Shown: positions 1 through 13,269, counted from the first letter of the stretch. The stretch: DNA of 50,735 bases from Octopus bimaculoides (GCF_001194135.2 NC_069002.1:78327-129061); one strand, 5' to 3'. Notes: generated by a model not told the origin, from the sequence alone. Numbers and translations: made by a program.

Positions 1-264
1 TATGTGCCACCCGCACAAGAGCCAGTCCAGGGGCACTGGCAACGATCTCACTTGGCTTGCCGGGTCTTCTCACGCACAGCACATTTCCAAAGGTCTCGGT
101 CAGTAGTCATCGCCTCGGTGAGGCCCAATGTTCGAAGGTCTTGCCTCACCACCTCAGCCCAGGTCTTCCTGGGCCTACCTCTTCCACGGGTTCCCTCAAC
201 TGTTAGGGAGTGGCACTTTTTCACGCAGCTATCCTCATTCATTCTCACCACATGTCCAAACCAG
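1..264 (-). mobile_element. RTE-clade LINE: 3' end of the ORF and start of the 3' UTR (continues past the window edge)
   Basis: ORF 48..251 contains GRGRPRKTWAEVVRQDLRTLGLTEAMTTDRDLWK, the typical RTE C-terminal motif. Bases 1-50 match the 3' UTR family seen at 21171 and 22844. Confidence 0.85.
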
Positions 265-1223
265 CTTCACGGTGGTGCACCAGCATGACCGCAGCCACTT
301 GGCTGAAACACATAAATAAATAAATAAATAAATATATATATATATATATATAAACATAATTAAGGTTCATGGAAGATTTTGTTGTTAAAATCTATGTGCA
401 TTAAGTTGGTTATTCTTCTGCAGTATACAAAATATTTTAATTCATTGTACAATTCCTAATGATATTTAATTATAAATATATAATAGGATTTTTTAAAACA
501 CTGTGTGGCTATGTGAGTCCACTTGAGTAAAGCAAGAATCAAAAGGGGTCCATAGGCTGAAAATTACTGATCTAAAATGGGACCTATTAAAAAGATGATA
601 ACGTAAATTTTTAACTCCAATTTCTGTCACTTAATCTTATTTATTTATTGTACACAGTACTCAGGATTGTAATGAAAAGATTTTGTCTAAGTGAGTGCAG
701 GGAGTAAATAATTTGGTATAACCCTTAATATATTACAGATATCCATTTTACTAGCTTTGTTCCTCATAAAAATGAAAAGCAGAGTTGATTCGAGTATAGT
801 ATGTTTTAACTCAGAACCATGGAGCCTCTGAGGTAGTAGTGAACAAAACAGGTTTACATCAGGTCTTCTGCTATCAACATCAAGTCCCAGAAATCTATGC
901 AGAACACTTCAGAAAAGAAACATTTAGACAAACTATTCTACCTTGTAAATTTAAAAAGAAAGAAAAAAGAAAGAAATGAAAATAAAAGGTTATCTGTTGA
1001 AAGATGCTAAGATTAGATAGAGAAAAAACATTTGGAAAAAAAAAAAAAGAAAAAGGAAATTGCATTACTCAATGGAATACATATGGTTATCAGAAAGGAC
1101 ACATTGTAGTCATTAAATCTCAAAAAGCAAAGCAAAATATATAAAAAAACGAGAACATTTATGTATGTGTGTGTATGTATCCTGATTTTGAGGATTTAAG
1201 TAACACAACAAATATTTTCATTA

Positions 1224-1449
1224 TTAACCCTTTAGTATTCAAATTATTTTGTCAAATGCAATGCTCGTTTATTCAGTGTTTTGAATAAATCATGATTAAT
1301 CTCATAGCTGCAAGATTTCAACGATATCATTGTTTCTTTTTAGAATGACATTGTAGGGTGGGTGTGAATGGCCAGATCTGGCTGGTTTAAACATAAAATA
1401 GGTAGAATATTCGGGCTGCATATGGCCAGTTTAAATGCTAAAGGGTTAA
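1224..1449. mobile_element. TTAA-flanked MITE, family A (piggyBac-like ends), opposite orientation to the other copies
   Basis: TTAA|ccctttagtatt ... aatgctaaaggg|TTAA. The internal sequence is the reverse complement of the copies at 6929, 14772, 25101 and 50166. Confidence 0.8.
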
Positions 1450-1664
1450 ACCAATATTATAAACATATCTAAAAAAAATATGATGGAAGGCTTTAACTTG
1501 GATATGAACACTATGAAATGGTGGCCGTTCTGTGTCATATAAAAAGCAGCAGATTGGTATCAAAAGAATTAAAGATGAGGTTAATAGCTTAAATAATTAT
1601 ATAATCTTATTAACTACAACTTCTCTCAAACAATTAGATGATTTGATTTAAGTAAATGACTTAC

Positions 1665-1708
1665 TTCATCGGTGTAATTAGGTGGGTAGTGTTGCAGAAT
1701 AAATGGTT
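1665..1708 (-). CDS. DENND1: DENND1 coding exon 3
   Basis: On the minus strand: tttccatttcag | 44 bp | gtaagt. It splices in frame to exon 2 to give EPFILQHYPPNYTDE, against recalled human DPEVQRQFPEDYSDQ and DPVVLWKFPEDFGDQ. The 44-bp size and phases match the recalled vertebrate exon 3. The intron 1709-4675 is 2967 bp. Confidence 0.88.
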
Positions 1709-2211
1709 CTGAAATGGAAATATCAAAATACATCATTAACATGTATGAATACATAAATATCATTAACATATGAATACATAAATAAATATAATTAACACAC
1801 AGTCAACTATTTTCTAAGGAAGTGATTATGTTTGGAAGGGAAAAATGTTATTTTAGTTATTTGACACTTGTGTTGTAAAGTTTATTCCCTTCTTTAAAAG
1901 CTAGTACACTGAAAGTATTTTATGTAATTTCTCTTCTTGCTCTCAAAAAGAAAAAAAAAATCAGTATATATAACGAGAACAGAACGAAGGGTATACAAGA
2001 AATAAATGAGAATATATTGGGCTCTGTCTGTCTCTCTCTCTCTCTGGTCAAGTGAATAGAAATACAAAGATATCTGGAATCATAGACTATGTCAGGAAAG
2101 GAGAGAGAAGAAGGGAGAGAAGGGAGGGAAGAAGGGAGAGGAGAAAGAAGAGAGTCATAGTGAGCAAGATAGATACAATCACTATGAATACACTGGACAA
2201 CAGACTGCCTA

Positions 2212-2495
2212 ATCATCACCATCACTTAACCCATGCTAGCATGGGTTGGACAGTATGACGAGAGCTGGTTAGGCAGAAGACTGCACCCTGCTTCGCTGTC
2301 TGTTTTAGCAGGGTTTTTACAGCTGGATGCCCTTCCTAACACTAACCATAGCAGAGTGGACTGAGTGCTTATTACATGGCACCAGCGCAAGTGAGGTCAG
2401 TTTTGGCAAGGTTTTAACAGCTGGGTGCCCTTCCAAATACTAACAACTTTACAGTGTGAACTAGATGCTTTTTACGTGGGACCAGCACTGGCAGG
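2212..2495 (-). mobile_element. Diverged copy of the RTE 3' UTR / RTE-tailed SINE
   Basis: Contains ccatgctagcatgggttggac and acagctggatgcccttcctaac, shared with the copy at 21171-21429. Confidence 0.75.
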
Positions 2496-2995
2496 GTCAC
2501 CAAGTAACTTGCAAGACAAAGATCCTTTGAGAGGGGAGGAGGGAGCATTGGAGGAGATGATCTTGTATCAGATAATGAAAGGTTAGTGTGACAGAGAGAC
2601 AGAAACAGGTATCTTGCTTATAGAAGAGATACATGGTTACTCTGTCAGAGAGAGCGAGAAAGAAGGAGTGATCAAGATGGAGTCCAGTAATGGGTGTGTT
2701 GTTGTAGAGGACATACATGGTTAAGCAGCCCAAGGAATAGAGGAAGAGGGAGAAAGAGAGAGTAGAAGAGAGCAAGAGAAAGGGGGAGAGGGAAAGAGAA
2801 CAAGAGTGCAAGAGAGAGATAGTGGCAAAGCACCAGAGTATGCACACAAGGAATGGGGATCAGAATATATATGGGGGATGGTGGAGAAGAGCCAGGGAGA
2901 GATAAGTGGTGGCAAAGTGGAAGGGCATGCCCTCAAGATACAGGGTCAGAATATAAATGATAGTGTATTGCCAAAGTGCATGAGTAGGGAGTAGA

Positions 2996-3901
2996 GACAA
3001 TGATCCCTCCAAGTCAATCAGGTCCTTTGCCAGAGACATAGGAGTGCTTGAGTTTCTTATTAGGCAGGTAGTGCATAAAGACATTCGGTATTCCTCATAC
3101 AAGATGAGAAAGGGCCAATTTTTATTCCAAGCCATCAAGGACAAGAAGAAATTCCGCTCGATGAAGCTTTTGAACAAACTCAAGCATCCCCTCCAACTGA
3201 GCATACTTTTGGTTTTTCTCAGACCAAGAAAAATTTCTACCAAGATCAGATGATGAACACACAGAACAACCGTTGGCCTGCCATGTCCCCAAAACATGTA
3301 CCAAGAGTGATAAAAATCAAACATCCAATCAACATCATGGTGTCTGGAGTGATCACTAGTGATGGTGACGTTATGCCTCCATTCATTTTTCCACACGGCT
3401 TCAGACTCAACATGGAGACCTACATCAAGTGCCTGGAGGAGGTAGTGCTGCCCTGGGTCAAGGGGTTGGCTGCTGGGAGACCTGCAACTGGACTCAGAAT
3501 CATGTTACACAAGCAGGATAACCCAGTCATAGCTGTCAGATGATTTCTCTGACAACATCACCCCTAACATCTGGTTGCCTAACTCCCCAGATTGCAACCC
3601 CTTGATTATTATGTGTAAGAGACCAACAAAACTTCTTATAACACCAAAGATGAACTGAAGGCACGGATTATGGCAGCATTCACCAACTTAAACGCGGAGA
3701 TTGTCCAAAAGAATCTCAAGAGATTCCAAAGTTGTCCGGAGGTCATAGTTGAAGCCAATGGTGATTTTATTGAATAAATTTACTCTTTAGGATTTCAAGA
3801 TATTTTTGGTGCAATTTTGGTAAATATATTTGTTAAAATGAGATGTCAGTGATATTTTCATTTTTGCATAATTTAGACATGACAATTTACTCACTGCACT
3901 C
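2996..3901 (+). mobile_element. Decayed Tc1/mariner-superfamily transposase, maT/DD37D type, 5'-truncated, with probable right end
   Basis: Frameshifted reading: SKSIRSFARDIGV (HTH), FSD.KNF, KHPINIMVSGVITSDGDVMPPFIFP, LD(3491)SESCYTS, WLPNSPDCNPL(D)YY, EANGDFIE*. There are 37 residues between the second and third catalytic D once a 1-nt deletion near 3603 is corrected. Confidence 0.85.
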
Positions 3902-3925
3902 TTTGTGTGTGTGTGTATCTATCTA

Positions 3926-3965
<40 letters not shown>

Positions 3966-4139
3966 TACATACATATGCAAACATATACATTCGTATATAC
4001 ATAAATATCAGTCTTAAGTGCTTGCCATGTAAAGTCTACTCTGCATAAATCAATATTTGTGAACGTGTTTATTGACATCATACATATACACAGATATACA
4101 CACATAGACAGACATGACACATACACATCGGCAGTTTAC

Positions 4140-4370
4140 GGCGGTGAGCTGGCAGAAACGTTAGCATGCCGGGCGAAATGCTTAGCGGTATTTCGTCTGC
4201 CGCTACGTCCTGAGTTCAAATTCCGCCGAGGTCGACTTTGCCTTTCATCCTTTTGGGGTCGATTAAATAAGTACCAGTTACGCACTGGGATCGATATAAT
4301 CGACTTAATTCGTTTGTCTGTCTTTGTTTGTGCCCTCTGTGTGTAGCCCCTTGTGGGTAGTAAAGAAATA
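4140..4370 (+). mobile_element. tRNA-derived SINE family 1, well-preserved copy
   Basis: A-box-like tggcagaaacgttag and B-box gttcaaattc (4214-4223). The core gtcgactttgcctttcatcc...aataagtaccag recurs at about 24060, 24290, 25590, 32123, 48560 and 48745. Confidence 0.8.
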
Positions 4371-4675
4371 ACACATTGGCAGTAAAAAAATAAAGAGAAA
4401 ATTATAGAAATGTTTACACCCAAAAGCTTGTGCAGCTTCACAACTTACTCCACTCCAGTGAGTTACTCATTCTCAAGTAATAGTTACCACACCTATTAAA
4501 TATTCTCTACTATCCTAATTTACTTCCAAACTCTCAGCTGTTGATACACTGCCAGACTTAGCCAAGTAGTTATGTTTAACTAATCATTAATAAGAGTGGC
4601 ATAACATTGAGAAAATTATGAAGGAGAGCAAATTTGCTATTGGCAATTATTTAAGTGATAAGTAGTATCTCTCAC

Positions 4676-4740
4676 CTTCTTTGTCACCCGATGGCTTGCC
4701 AATTTCTACAAAAAGTTCAAATATTCTTTCTGGATTTTCT
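4676..4740 (-). CDS. DENND1: DENND1 (connecdenn, Rab35 GEF) coding exon 2, start of the uDENN domain
   Basis: On the minus strand: ttttcttctttcag | 65 bp | gtgaga. It translates (x)ENPERIFELFVEIGKPSGDKE, which resembles the recalled human DENND1A QNPETTFEVYVEVAYP and DENND1B ANPDRTFDLVLKV. Phase 2 start and phase 1 end. Confidence 0.88.
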
Positions 4741-6228
4741 CTGAAAGAAGAAAACAGTACACTTACACAAGAATACACTGAAGAAATATTTTACATATAT
4801 AGTAATTAATAATACAAGTACAAGGTCTCAAATTCAGAGGTTATGTGTGATTATATTGACCTTGTTACTTGACTGGTAATTTATCAGTTCTGAAAGAATA
4901 AAAGATAAAATTGAAACGTTGGTGTGTGTATAACAGTGTAGATACAAGTGTAGAATGATAGCACGTATAATATTTTGTCTCAGAGAAACTTCTGAAAGGG
5001 ACTTGTGTAGAAATTAAAAAAATACAGGCCTCACTCAGAATGCCTGGTGAATTGCCAAGTCTGGTATTTTGACTGGATTTGGTCTCCTCAGTAAATAATA
5101 CCTCAGACTTTCTGAGTTAAGCCAAAAATGCTGGTTCCAATATTGAGATCAGTAAACAAAGCTTTTGGTGATTTGAACAAATTGACCAAATTTGCAAACT
5201 GATAGAACTCCATTTCAAAAGGATAAAAAAATGAGAAAAGAAAAGACACAGATGACACAAAAAAGTATTCAAAACAAAATTAAATAAAATAAAAATCAAA
5301 GAAATATGGTTTAATCTTGGAAGTCACTTAACAAAAAATACTTTAGTAGCGTCATAAAGAGAAGTTTGAAGTGGTGTTCTGTTGTAACTGCTTATAAGTG
5401 GACTGAAAGTGGAGGAGATATAGAAAATGACAGAATGGCAGTCAACTGTACCAGATTGATACAAGTAATGGTGGTGGTGGTAATTTTATTACTAATATTA
5501 CCTTGATCAGCCTTCACTGAGCAGATCTATGATCAAAAGACATTCCATTGTGACCATTCTATCTATTTCCTTTTTAATTTCCACAGTGGATCTAAAACTA
5601 CATTACCTAATGTAGGCCTTTCTTTTTAAAGACTCTAAACAACCAAATTTCTCATAGAATCACACCAATTTCTATTGGCCAATAAATACTCACCCAATGG
5701 GTTCACAACATGGAAGTTTGCAACCTACTGTAGATATCACACTGTCCTTAGGCAAGCCACTGAACTAGTTTCAAAGTTAGTAAAAAATTTTATATTGTAT
5801 TTCTTAAAATATCTTTCCATAGCATTGACAATTACAACCAGTCTTCACTTTTTAGATAAATGAGAAACCACTTCATGTGAGCTACCTCCACCTCCACACA
5901 CATACATAAAACAGTTATCCACACAATGGTGTGACAAGTACAACAAACATTCATGTTGTTCTCACAAGCAAGAAATATCATAGCAAGTGCAGATATGGCA
6001 GTATATTTAAGAAGTTTCTTCTTTGCAATCACACAGTTTTAGCTCTAACCTTGCCATGCAACATTGAGCAAATGACTTTTAGCCATTGCTTCAAGTCAAC
6101 CAATGCTTTATGAGTGGAATTTGACAGACGGAAATTTTACGGAAACCTGCCAATACAATCATTGTTGTTCTAGGGTGTCATCCATAGAATCTACTCTGCT
6201 GTAAACATGCAGACCTGGACACCAGTTA

Positions 6229-6540
6229 TCATCATCAGTTTAACATCAAATTTTCCATGCTTGCATGGGTCAGATGGAACTTGTTAAGACAGATTTTCTA
6301 CAAACAGATACCCTTCTTGTTGCCAACCCTCTCCTGTTTCCAAGCAAACTAATATTTCCCATAGCCAGATGTATTTTCCTGAAAGACTGAAAGTAAATGT
6401 TTACAGCCATCATGTGATGTCAAGACAAAGGTGCACTCACCCCCACACACGACAGGCTTCTTAAAGTTTCTATCATCCAAATCCACACACAAGGCTTTGG
6501 TTGGCCTGTCTACAAATATATTACTCCCTCTTTCTACCAG
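6229..6540 (-). mobile_element. Composite SINE: family-2 head region with an RTE-type (GAT)n tail
   Basis: The catcatcag-tttaac-ttttccatgcttgcatggg tail is joined to ccaaatccacacacaaggctttgg. The same architecture occurs at 17150-17505 (+) and 26178-26510 (-). Confidence 0.65.
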
Positions 6541-6552
6541 TCTCACATGCCC

Positions 6553-6718
6553 TTAACCCTTTCGTTACCAACCCAGCTGAAACCGGCTCTGGCTCTGAGT
6601 ACAAATGTCTTGTTTTCATAAGTTTTCATAAGTTATTTTACTAAATTCTTTGTTACAATTAAAGTAATTGAAAGAAACACAGAGCATCTCAACAGAAATA
6701 CAGTAACGAAAGGGTTAA
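6553..6718. mobile_element. TTAA-flanked MITE, family B, with perfect 12-bp TIRs
   Basis: TTAA|ccctttcgttac ... gtaacgaaaggg|TTAA, 158 bp between the TTAA sites. Related internal sequence lies near 8530-8700 and 27190-27330. Confidence 0.85.
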
Positions 6719-6928
6719 AAAGTCATCAGCACTACTTGTCATCCTTTGCCTAAGCCCCACCTCAACCATTCACCATAAGTTAGTACCAAGCTACAGTATT
6801 TTGTGAGTGACAGTGATGAAGATGCTTTACTACGACCACTTCCAAAGTAAACTATGCCCATGTTGAAAGGAAGCACTCTGTGACACTAGAAAACAATGAA
6901 ATCTGTTTCTCAATGATTAGAGGAAATC

Positions 6929-7102
6929 TTTACTCTTAAGCATTTAAACCATTGGTTTTATGTTGGGACTGGCCTCTCACACCTACCCTATAATGTCATT
7001 CTAAAAATAAATAATCACATCACTGAGATTTAAAAGCTGAGATAATGCATAGGTAGTTCAAAACAATGCAAATAAATAAGCATTACATTGCTAAAAGGTT
7101 AA
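6929..7102. mobile_element. MITE family A, internally deleted and diverged copy
   Basis: ttactcttaagcatttaaacc ... ggcctctcacacctaccctataatgtcattct ... gctaaaaggttaa. Confidence 0.7.
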
Positions 7103-7307
7103 ATGTTCATGAACACAGATGTAACTGTGTGGCTAAAAAATTCACTCTGCAAACACAGGGTTCCCCCATTTGATCCTACTACATGGCATCATAGGCAAGT
7201 GGTTATCACAATTTTAGGCTGATGCAAATCTTGTGAACGGAGTTAGATTAAGTAAATTTAAAGAGTTGAAAGCTAACATATTCAACACACCAAGCAGTTA
7301 AAACATT

Positions 7308-7310
<3 letters not shown>

Positions 7311-7374
<64 letters not shown>
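7311..7374. repeat. (TG)n microsatellite
   Basis: Pure dinucleotide run. Confidence 0.95.
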
Positions 7375-7378
<4 letters not shown>

Positions 7379-9134
7379 GAAAAAAAAAGGCTAATATGAA
7401 ATACAACTCTGGAAATATTTCAGTATTATTCTGACCTCATCAATGAAACATACTCTCCACTGTACTGTATTTGGTATAGTACTGATGAAACAATCAAGTA
7501 AACACACAAGCTTTGTACACTGGTGAGCAGAGGTAATTAGGATTGTTGAGAAATTAAAGGACATTGTAAATAGTGTTATCAACTGGAATCTTGAACTATA
7601 AGAATAATCAAATAATAATGCTTACATTTCTTATGCTTTCATTTTCTTTAAACTGATGCTCCAGCGTGATCTTAAACATGATGAAAACAAATTGAAAAAC
7701 TAGTTTCATGCAACCTGCTTTTCTGAATATTTTTTAATAAGATAAATTGGATTGTTTATAGATGAATTTATGAGGAAAGGAGATTGATGACGACGACAAA
7801 ATATTTGAGAATAATTTTTCTCAACAGTAGGAAGAAACAAGTGTAACTAAGACAAATATAGCAAACCCATGCAACTATCGAATACATTAAATAAGCTACA
7901 ATGTTAAAGACCTACTTCAGAAAAAATAAGTAAATTCTATTTGACTGAGTTTATGTTAGATTCTTAAATAATTAGTTTGTTTTAGTGATGGATGAAGAAA
8001 ATAGAAGATGAAGTATAGTCAAAACCAAACATTTTTTATCTTATTTATTTTTTTAAATGCCTTTAAGATGAAAGGAATATTTTTACGTCATGAGGTTACT
8101 TACAAGGTCAAATAATTTGACGGGCATTCTTCTAGACAAAAACCAATGCTGTTTATCACAGTCAATAAACAAGACTTTCTTTCTCTAGCATGTAAGTGCT
8201 AGAAAAATTAGTTCATTAGAAATATTTACATGCTTTTTTATTTATATTCTATAATTTTGTTTTCACTTTCTTACCAAGATAGAACTAACAAGTGTTATTA
8301 ACCTAAAATGTTAAAGCAATATGGTTGCTTAGTGAATGGTTAATGCACCAAATACACTAACTAACACATTAGTTCACATCCTTGGACACTTTTTCTTGTG
8401 TATTTTATTTTATGTGCTTAAGAATCTTAATGCCCTCAATTAACTTCAATTATCACTTGAAACAGATTTACTTAAATATTAATATATACATACGAAAACC
8501 TGCCAGAACCTGTCCCTGGTTCTATAATATAAAGTGTTTTAAAGTGATTTAAACTAAAACTTTCCATCAAAATATCCTGTTATGTCCCAAACACCAGCTC
8601 AATAATGACAAAGTTATTTTACAAATTCTCCATTATTTTTTAAATTTATTGAAACAAAAGCAGTGTATTTCAACAGAAATGTGATAACAAAAGAGTTGAT
8701 ATGGATTATGTTGGGTTTTCTCCAAATTTTAGAGAGAGAGAGTATGTGTGTGTGTGTGTGTGTCTGCACACACAACAAAACCATGAACTAGAAACCCTTA
8801 AACGATCATCACCCTTAAGAAATATAATTCCTATGAAAGAACAATGAGGTTCAGGTATGAGATGAATATGAGACAGAATAGGGGGAAAAGGTATGTGCAC
8901 TGAGTGAAAATAGTGTGACAAGATCAGAGAGAAGAAACGAGTTGGATGCAAGAGAGACCAGTTCAGTGCATACAGAAGTAAAGAAAAGAGGATAACATAG
9001 CAGACTGGGTGTCAGAAGATGAGTTGCAAAAAGCCTCAATTCTGCTGAGATGGCTGGGTCTTCTCAACATGGCATAACACCATTCATTTTGGTCTTCCCT
9101 CACCACCGTCATCTCCCCAGAGGTTCAACATATA

Positions 9135-9181
<47 letters not shown>

Positions 9182-9478
9182 NNNNNNNNNNNNNNNNNNN
9201 NNNNNNNNNNNNNNNNNNNNNNNNNNNNNNNNNNNNNNNNNNNNNNNNNNNNNNNNNNNNNNNNNNNNNNNNNNNNNNNNNNNNNNNNNNNNNNNNNNNN
9301 NNNNNNNNNNNNNNNNNNNNNNNNNNNNNNNNNNNNNNNNNNNNNNNNNNNNNNNNNNNNNNNNNNNNNNNNNNNNNNNNNNNNNNNNNNNNNNNNNNNN
9401 NNNNNNNNNNNNNNNNNNNNNNNNNNNNNNNNNNNNNNNNNNNNNNNNNNNNNNNNNNNNNNNNNNNNNNNNNNNNNN
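9182..9478. other. Assembly gap beside a (TA)n run
   Basis: N run. Other gaps are at 37338-38157, 39092-39655, 40590-41558, 43001-43149 and 48980-49124. Confidence 0.98.
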
Positions 9479-11520
9479 ATATATCAACAATAATAAAGAT
9501 TATTACAAAGTGACGTAGTATTATTAACTGTTGTATAACCTATTTTGAATACCTAACTGACAGCAAACTGATAAATGTTTGGAGTAAAGTAGAGCACTAA
9601 ACAAAAACCCCTACAATAAGTATCATATATAAAATTAAGTGCTAGAGTTGATATGGCTAACTTAAAAAAAAAAAACTTACAAGACTGTGCTCCAGTATGG
9701 CCACAGACTGAGACAAGTGAAAAGGGAAGAGTTTTTTCATTTAGAAAACAAATACAGAAATTTAATGGAAAAGAAATTTGAAAAAATTTGTCTTCAATTT
9801 TGTTTTTTCTCTCAAAAGAGTTATTTTTTGATGCATCTATTTTAAGGAAAACTAAATTCTACAATTTCTAAAAGTGTCTAATCACAGGAGCAGGTTCCAA
9901 ACCAAAACTCCATTTATAGGACTTAACATTTGGTTTGATTTTCAAAATCAATTTTGGATAAGGTGGAGGTAGGAGTAGAGATGTCAATGTGAACTTCTTC
10001 AGTCATCCTTGTACATACATAAGACTGCCTGCATTAGATGTGTGTCAATGCTTGTATTAGGTAAGAGTATGGAGTAAGTGTGTGTGCTTACAGAAATATG
10101 TGTAAGTGAATATACGAGTGAGTGCGTAAGCATGAGTGAAAGTGTAGAAGTATGTATGTGTGTGAGTGAGCGAGTGTGGTAGTGTGCATATGTGAGTGAG
10201 CAGGTGTGGAAGTGTGTATATGTATGTGCACACGCATATGAATGAGCATGTGTATGCATATGAGTGAGAGTGTGTTAACGAGTGAGAGTGCGTGAATGTG
10301 TGCATTTTCAGTAAATCAACTCCAAGTTGACAAAACCAGTTAGGAAACTGATAACTTTGGCCTTAAACAGTGTCAGCCAGTCTTCTCAAATGTAGTTCAA
10401 TGCATAAATTACACTTTGGGGTGAGTAGCAGAAGGAGGTGGGATGGAAGGAGATTGAAATATCAAACAGTTCTGGATAATAGAATATTCAGGTCATATAA
10501 ATATTTTTCTCTAAATTCCAAGTTTCTGAGATAGTGCACAGCCTTTGGTCACTGGATTCCCAGACCATTTTAGACTATGGCTGGTGGATGGCATAATTGG
10601 TAGAGCATTGGATAAAATATCTTTTAGCATTCGGTTATGCCTATTTATGTTCAGAGTTCAATCCCCAATCAATTTCACTTTACCGTTTACTCTTCCAAAA
10701 TAAGGACTGAGACCAATATCATACTTCCACTATATCTGAATTTCAGTCATCACTAACCAGTAATTTAGTCATGCTTAGGAGAAATGTATACAAGTTTTAA
10801 TAACCCCATTAATCTCACACATTCCCACCTAACCCAAGGGTCTCTTGATAGAAACCCATTCAGGCAATCAGTAAACATTCTATTAACATTAAACTCCATA
10901 AATATCAAAATTACAAATGTATTTTCTTATCTCTGCCTCCTCTATGGTCCCTACTCCTTTGAGTTGCTAGTAACATAAACCTTCCACTCAAGCCCACCTT
11001 TTATCTTTTTATCACACCTGCTGTGTATCACCTGCTACTTTTCTTTTTAAATCCATCCTTTCTCCATGGTTGTGGATTAAAGAAGAAACCATAGATATAA
11101 AGAAGACAACTAAATATATTTTGTGTTATCTGATAACACCACAGAAAATAGTTACTGCCACAATTGATTAATAACAAGGCCAATTAAAACATCTTTGGTG
11201 CCATCCATATGATAATTAGACAATTATGTGAGTGAATGCACATTTCATGATTAGGACAGTATATACTTAAGATACTTTGCAATTTACTTGCTAATACTTC
11301 AGAAAGTTACAGAGTGTTTACACTTTGATACAAGTCTCTGTCTAGCACTTGACAATGAGGAATAAAAAATTATGGAAGATAAAGCAGGGATCATCTGAAA
11401 TGTGCAATAACAAAGATTACATTGGTACAGGCATGTGATGCATAGGAAATATAACAAGTGAAGAAGCATCCAAGGGGAGGGAAACTGGAAGAGAAATAGT
11501 AAAAGCTAATCTCAGGATCT

Positions 11521-11880
11521 TTTACTTGTTTCAATCATCAGACCTCAACCATGCTGGGGCACCACCTTGAAAAATTCTTAGTTGAATGAATCAACCCCAG
11601 TATTTTATTATATTTTTTTTTAAGCCTAGTACTTATATTTTTTGCTGAACAGCTAAGTTATGGGGACATAAACACCCCAACACCAGATGTCAAGCGGTGG
11701 TGGGAGGACAAATACACACACACACAGAAGCTTCTTTCAGTTTCTGTCTACCAAATCCATTCAAAAGCTTTGGCCAGCCTGGGGCTGTAGTAGAAGACAC
11801 CCAAGATGCCATGCAATGGTATTGAACTCAGAACCATGTGACTGAAAAGCAAGCTGTTTACCACACAGCCATGCCTGGCC
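11521..11880 (-). mobile_element. tRNA-derived SINE family 2, near full length
   Basis: Reverse complement of the family at 33823-34080 and 33121-33310 (gctgtgtggtaaacagcttg...ggttctgagttcaa...gaaacaagtaaaa). Confidence 0.75.
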
Positions 11881-13269
11881 ATAAAATATTATGATAATGT
11901 CTGAATTAAAAAAATAATAATAAACTAAGAATATTGTTGGATGCCTTTGATCATAGTCAGCCAAATCCAGACTAATCTAAGACTAAACAATGACACCAAA
12001 TGATTTTGTTAAAGACAAAGATTAGTGCCAGTGATGGAAATGTCAACCAGCACCTCGAGGTACCCAGTTAGGATTGTCAACGTTGTTTATCAGAGCATGT
12101 AAAGAGCTAACAGTCACCTACAAATCAGTATGCATCAAGCATTTGCCAATTGTTTTAGGTGCTTACGTAGTTATGAACAAGCATAGACATCCTCTCAACT
12201 CTATCCTACATTGACCCAGAAGAACAACCAGGGTTTGTCATCTGAAAGGTAAGAAGTACACCAACGAATGAAATAGAGCAGAAGAGACTGGAGCAATGTA
12301 AAAGTGTCTTACTCAAGGATACAACACACACCACCTGTAGTCCAAGAACTGAATCGCATGACTGTGATGATTGTGATTCAAACACCCTAAACACACGGCC
12401 TAGAATATGGATAATTGAAAAAAAAGATCTTAGAATTTGTGGATGCTAATCCTTTAGAAGTTACCCTAGCCAAAAAGAAGTTATTTCAACATGATACTTG
12501 TAAACTAAATTCAAGAAGACATTTAGCAAAACTATAACCGTTTTGTCAAATTTTCAATATATTTCCTAGTCATAAATTTAATATTTATATAAATATAGGC
12601 AACACTGAATTTTACAGTTGCCTATATTGTACACCTGTGTATTAGGGGAGACTCCTGGCATCTATGCCACAGCATGCAATTATAAGAATCAAAACCATAT
12701 AATTGAAGCAGAGTACACATGGCATGTATGTACCCTCTTTTCCAGCTGTCTCATTTTAAAACTCAAAGATTTAAATTAAATTTGGATTTGTTAATTGTAT
12801 TAATCATCATTATTGCTTTAACATCTAGTTTTTTATGTTTGCATGGATCAGACAAAAGTATGTTGAGGCAAAGTTTTCTAAGGCCAGGTGCCCATTGTGT
12901 CACTAACCTCCATTTGTTTCTAAGCAGACTAATATTTTTCCAGTCGATCAAGTAACAAACAGAATGGACATGCTTTTTCAATGGACTGTAAGCAAATAAC
13001 ACCACAGTGATGTCTCTGTTTACAAGTGAACTCACGACAAATAAGCAAAATATGAACTCTCTCTTTCTCTCACGCGCACACACACACACACACACAAGTA
13101 ATTTCCACATTACGGCTATGTCAGAATATTGGGAAACTAAAGTATGACTATTAACTTTGGGATATGGTCTGTAATTTTGCTCTTACAGGAAACTAATATT
13201 GCATAGTTTTAAATTGTCAACTACTTAAAATTTACACTTTTTTATTAACTCCCACTCCATTGTAGCCCT

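Noticed and set aside
4140-4230. tRNA gene
   Set aside because: The A and B boxes belong to a multi-copy SINE head and there is no cloverleaf.
5699-5731. Small minus-strand exon GCKLPCCEPI with a gtgagt donor
   Set aside because: Poor polypyrimidine tract and no similarity to DENND1.
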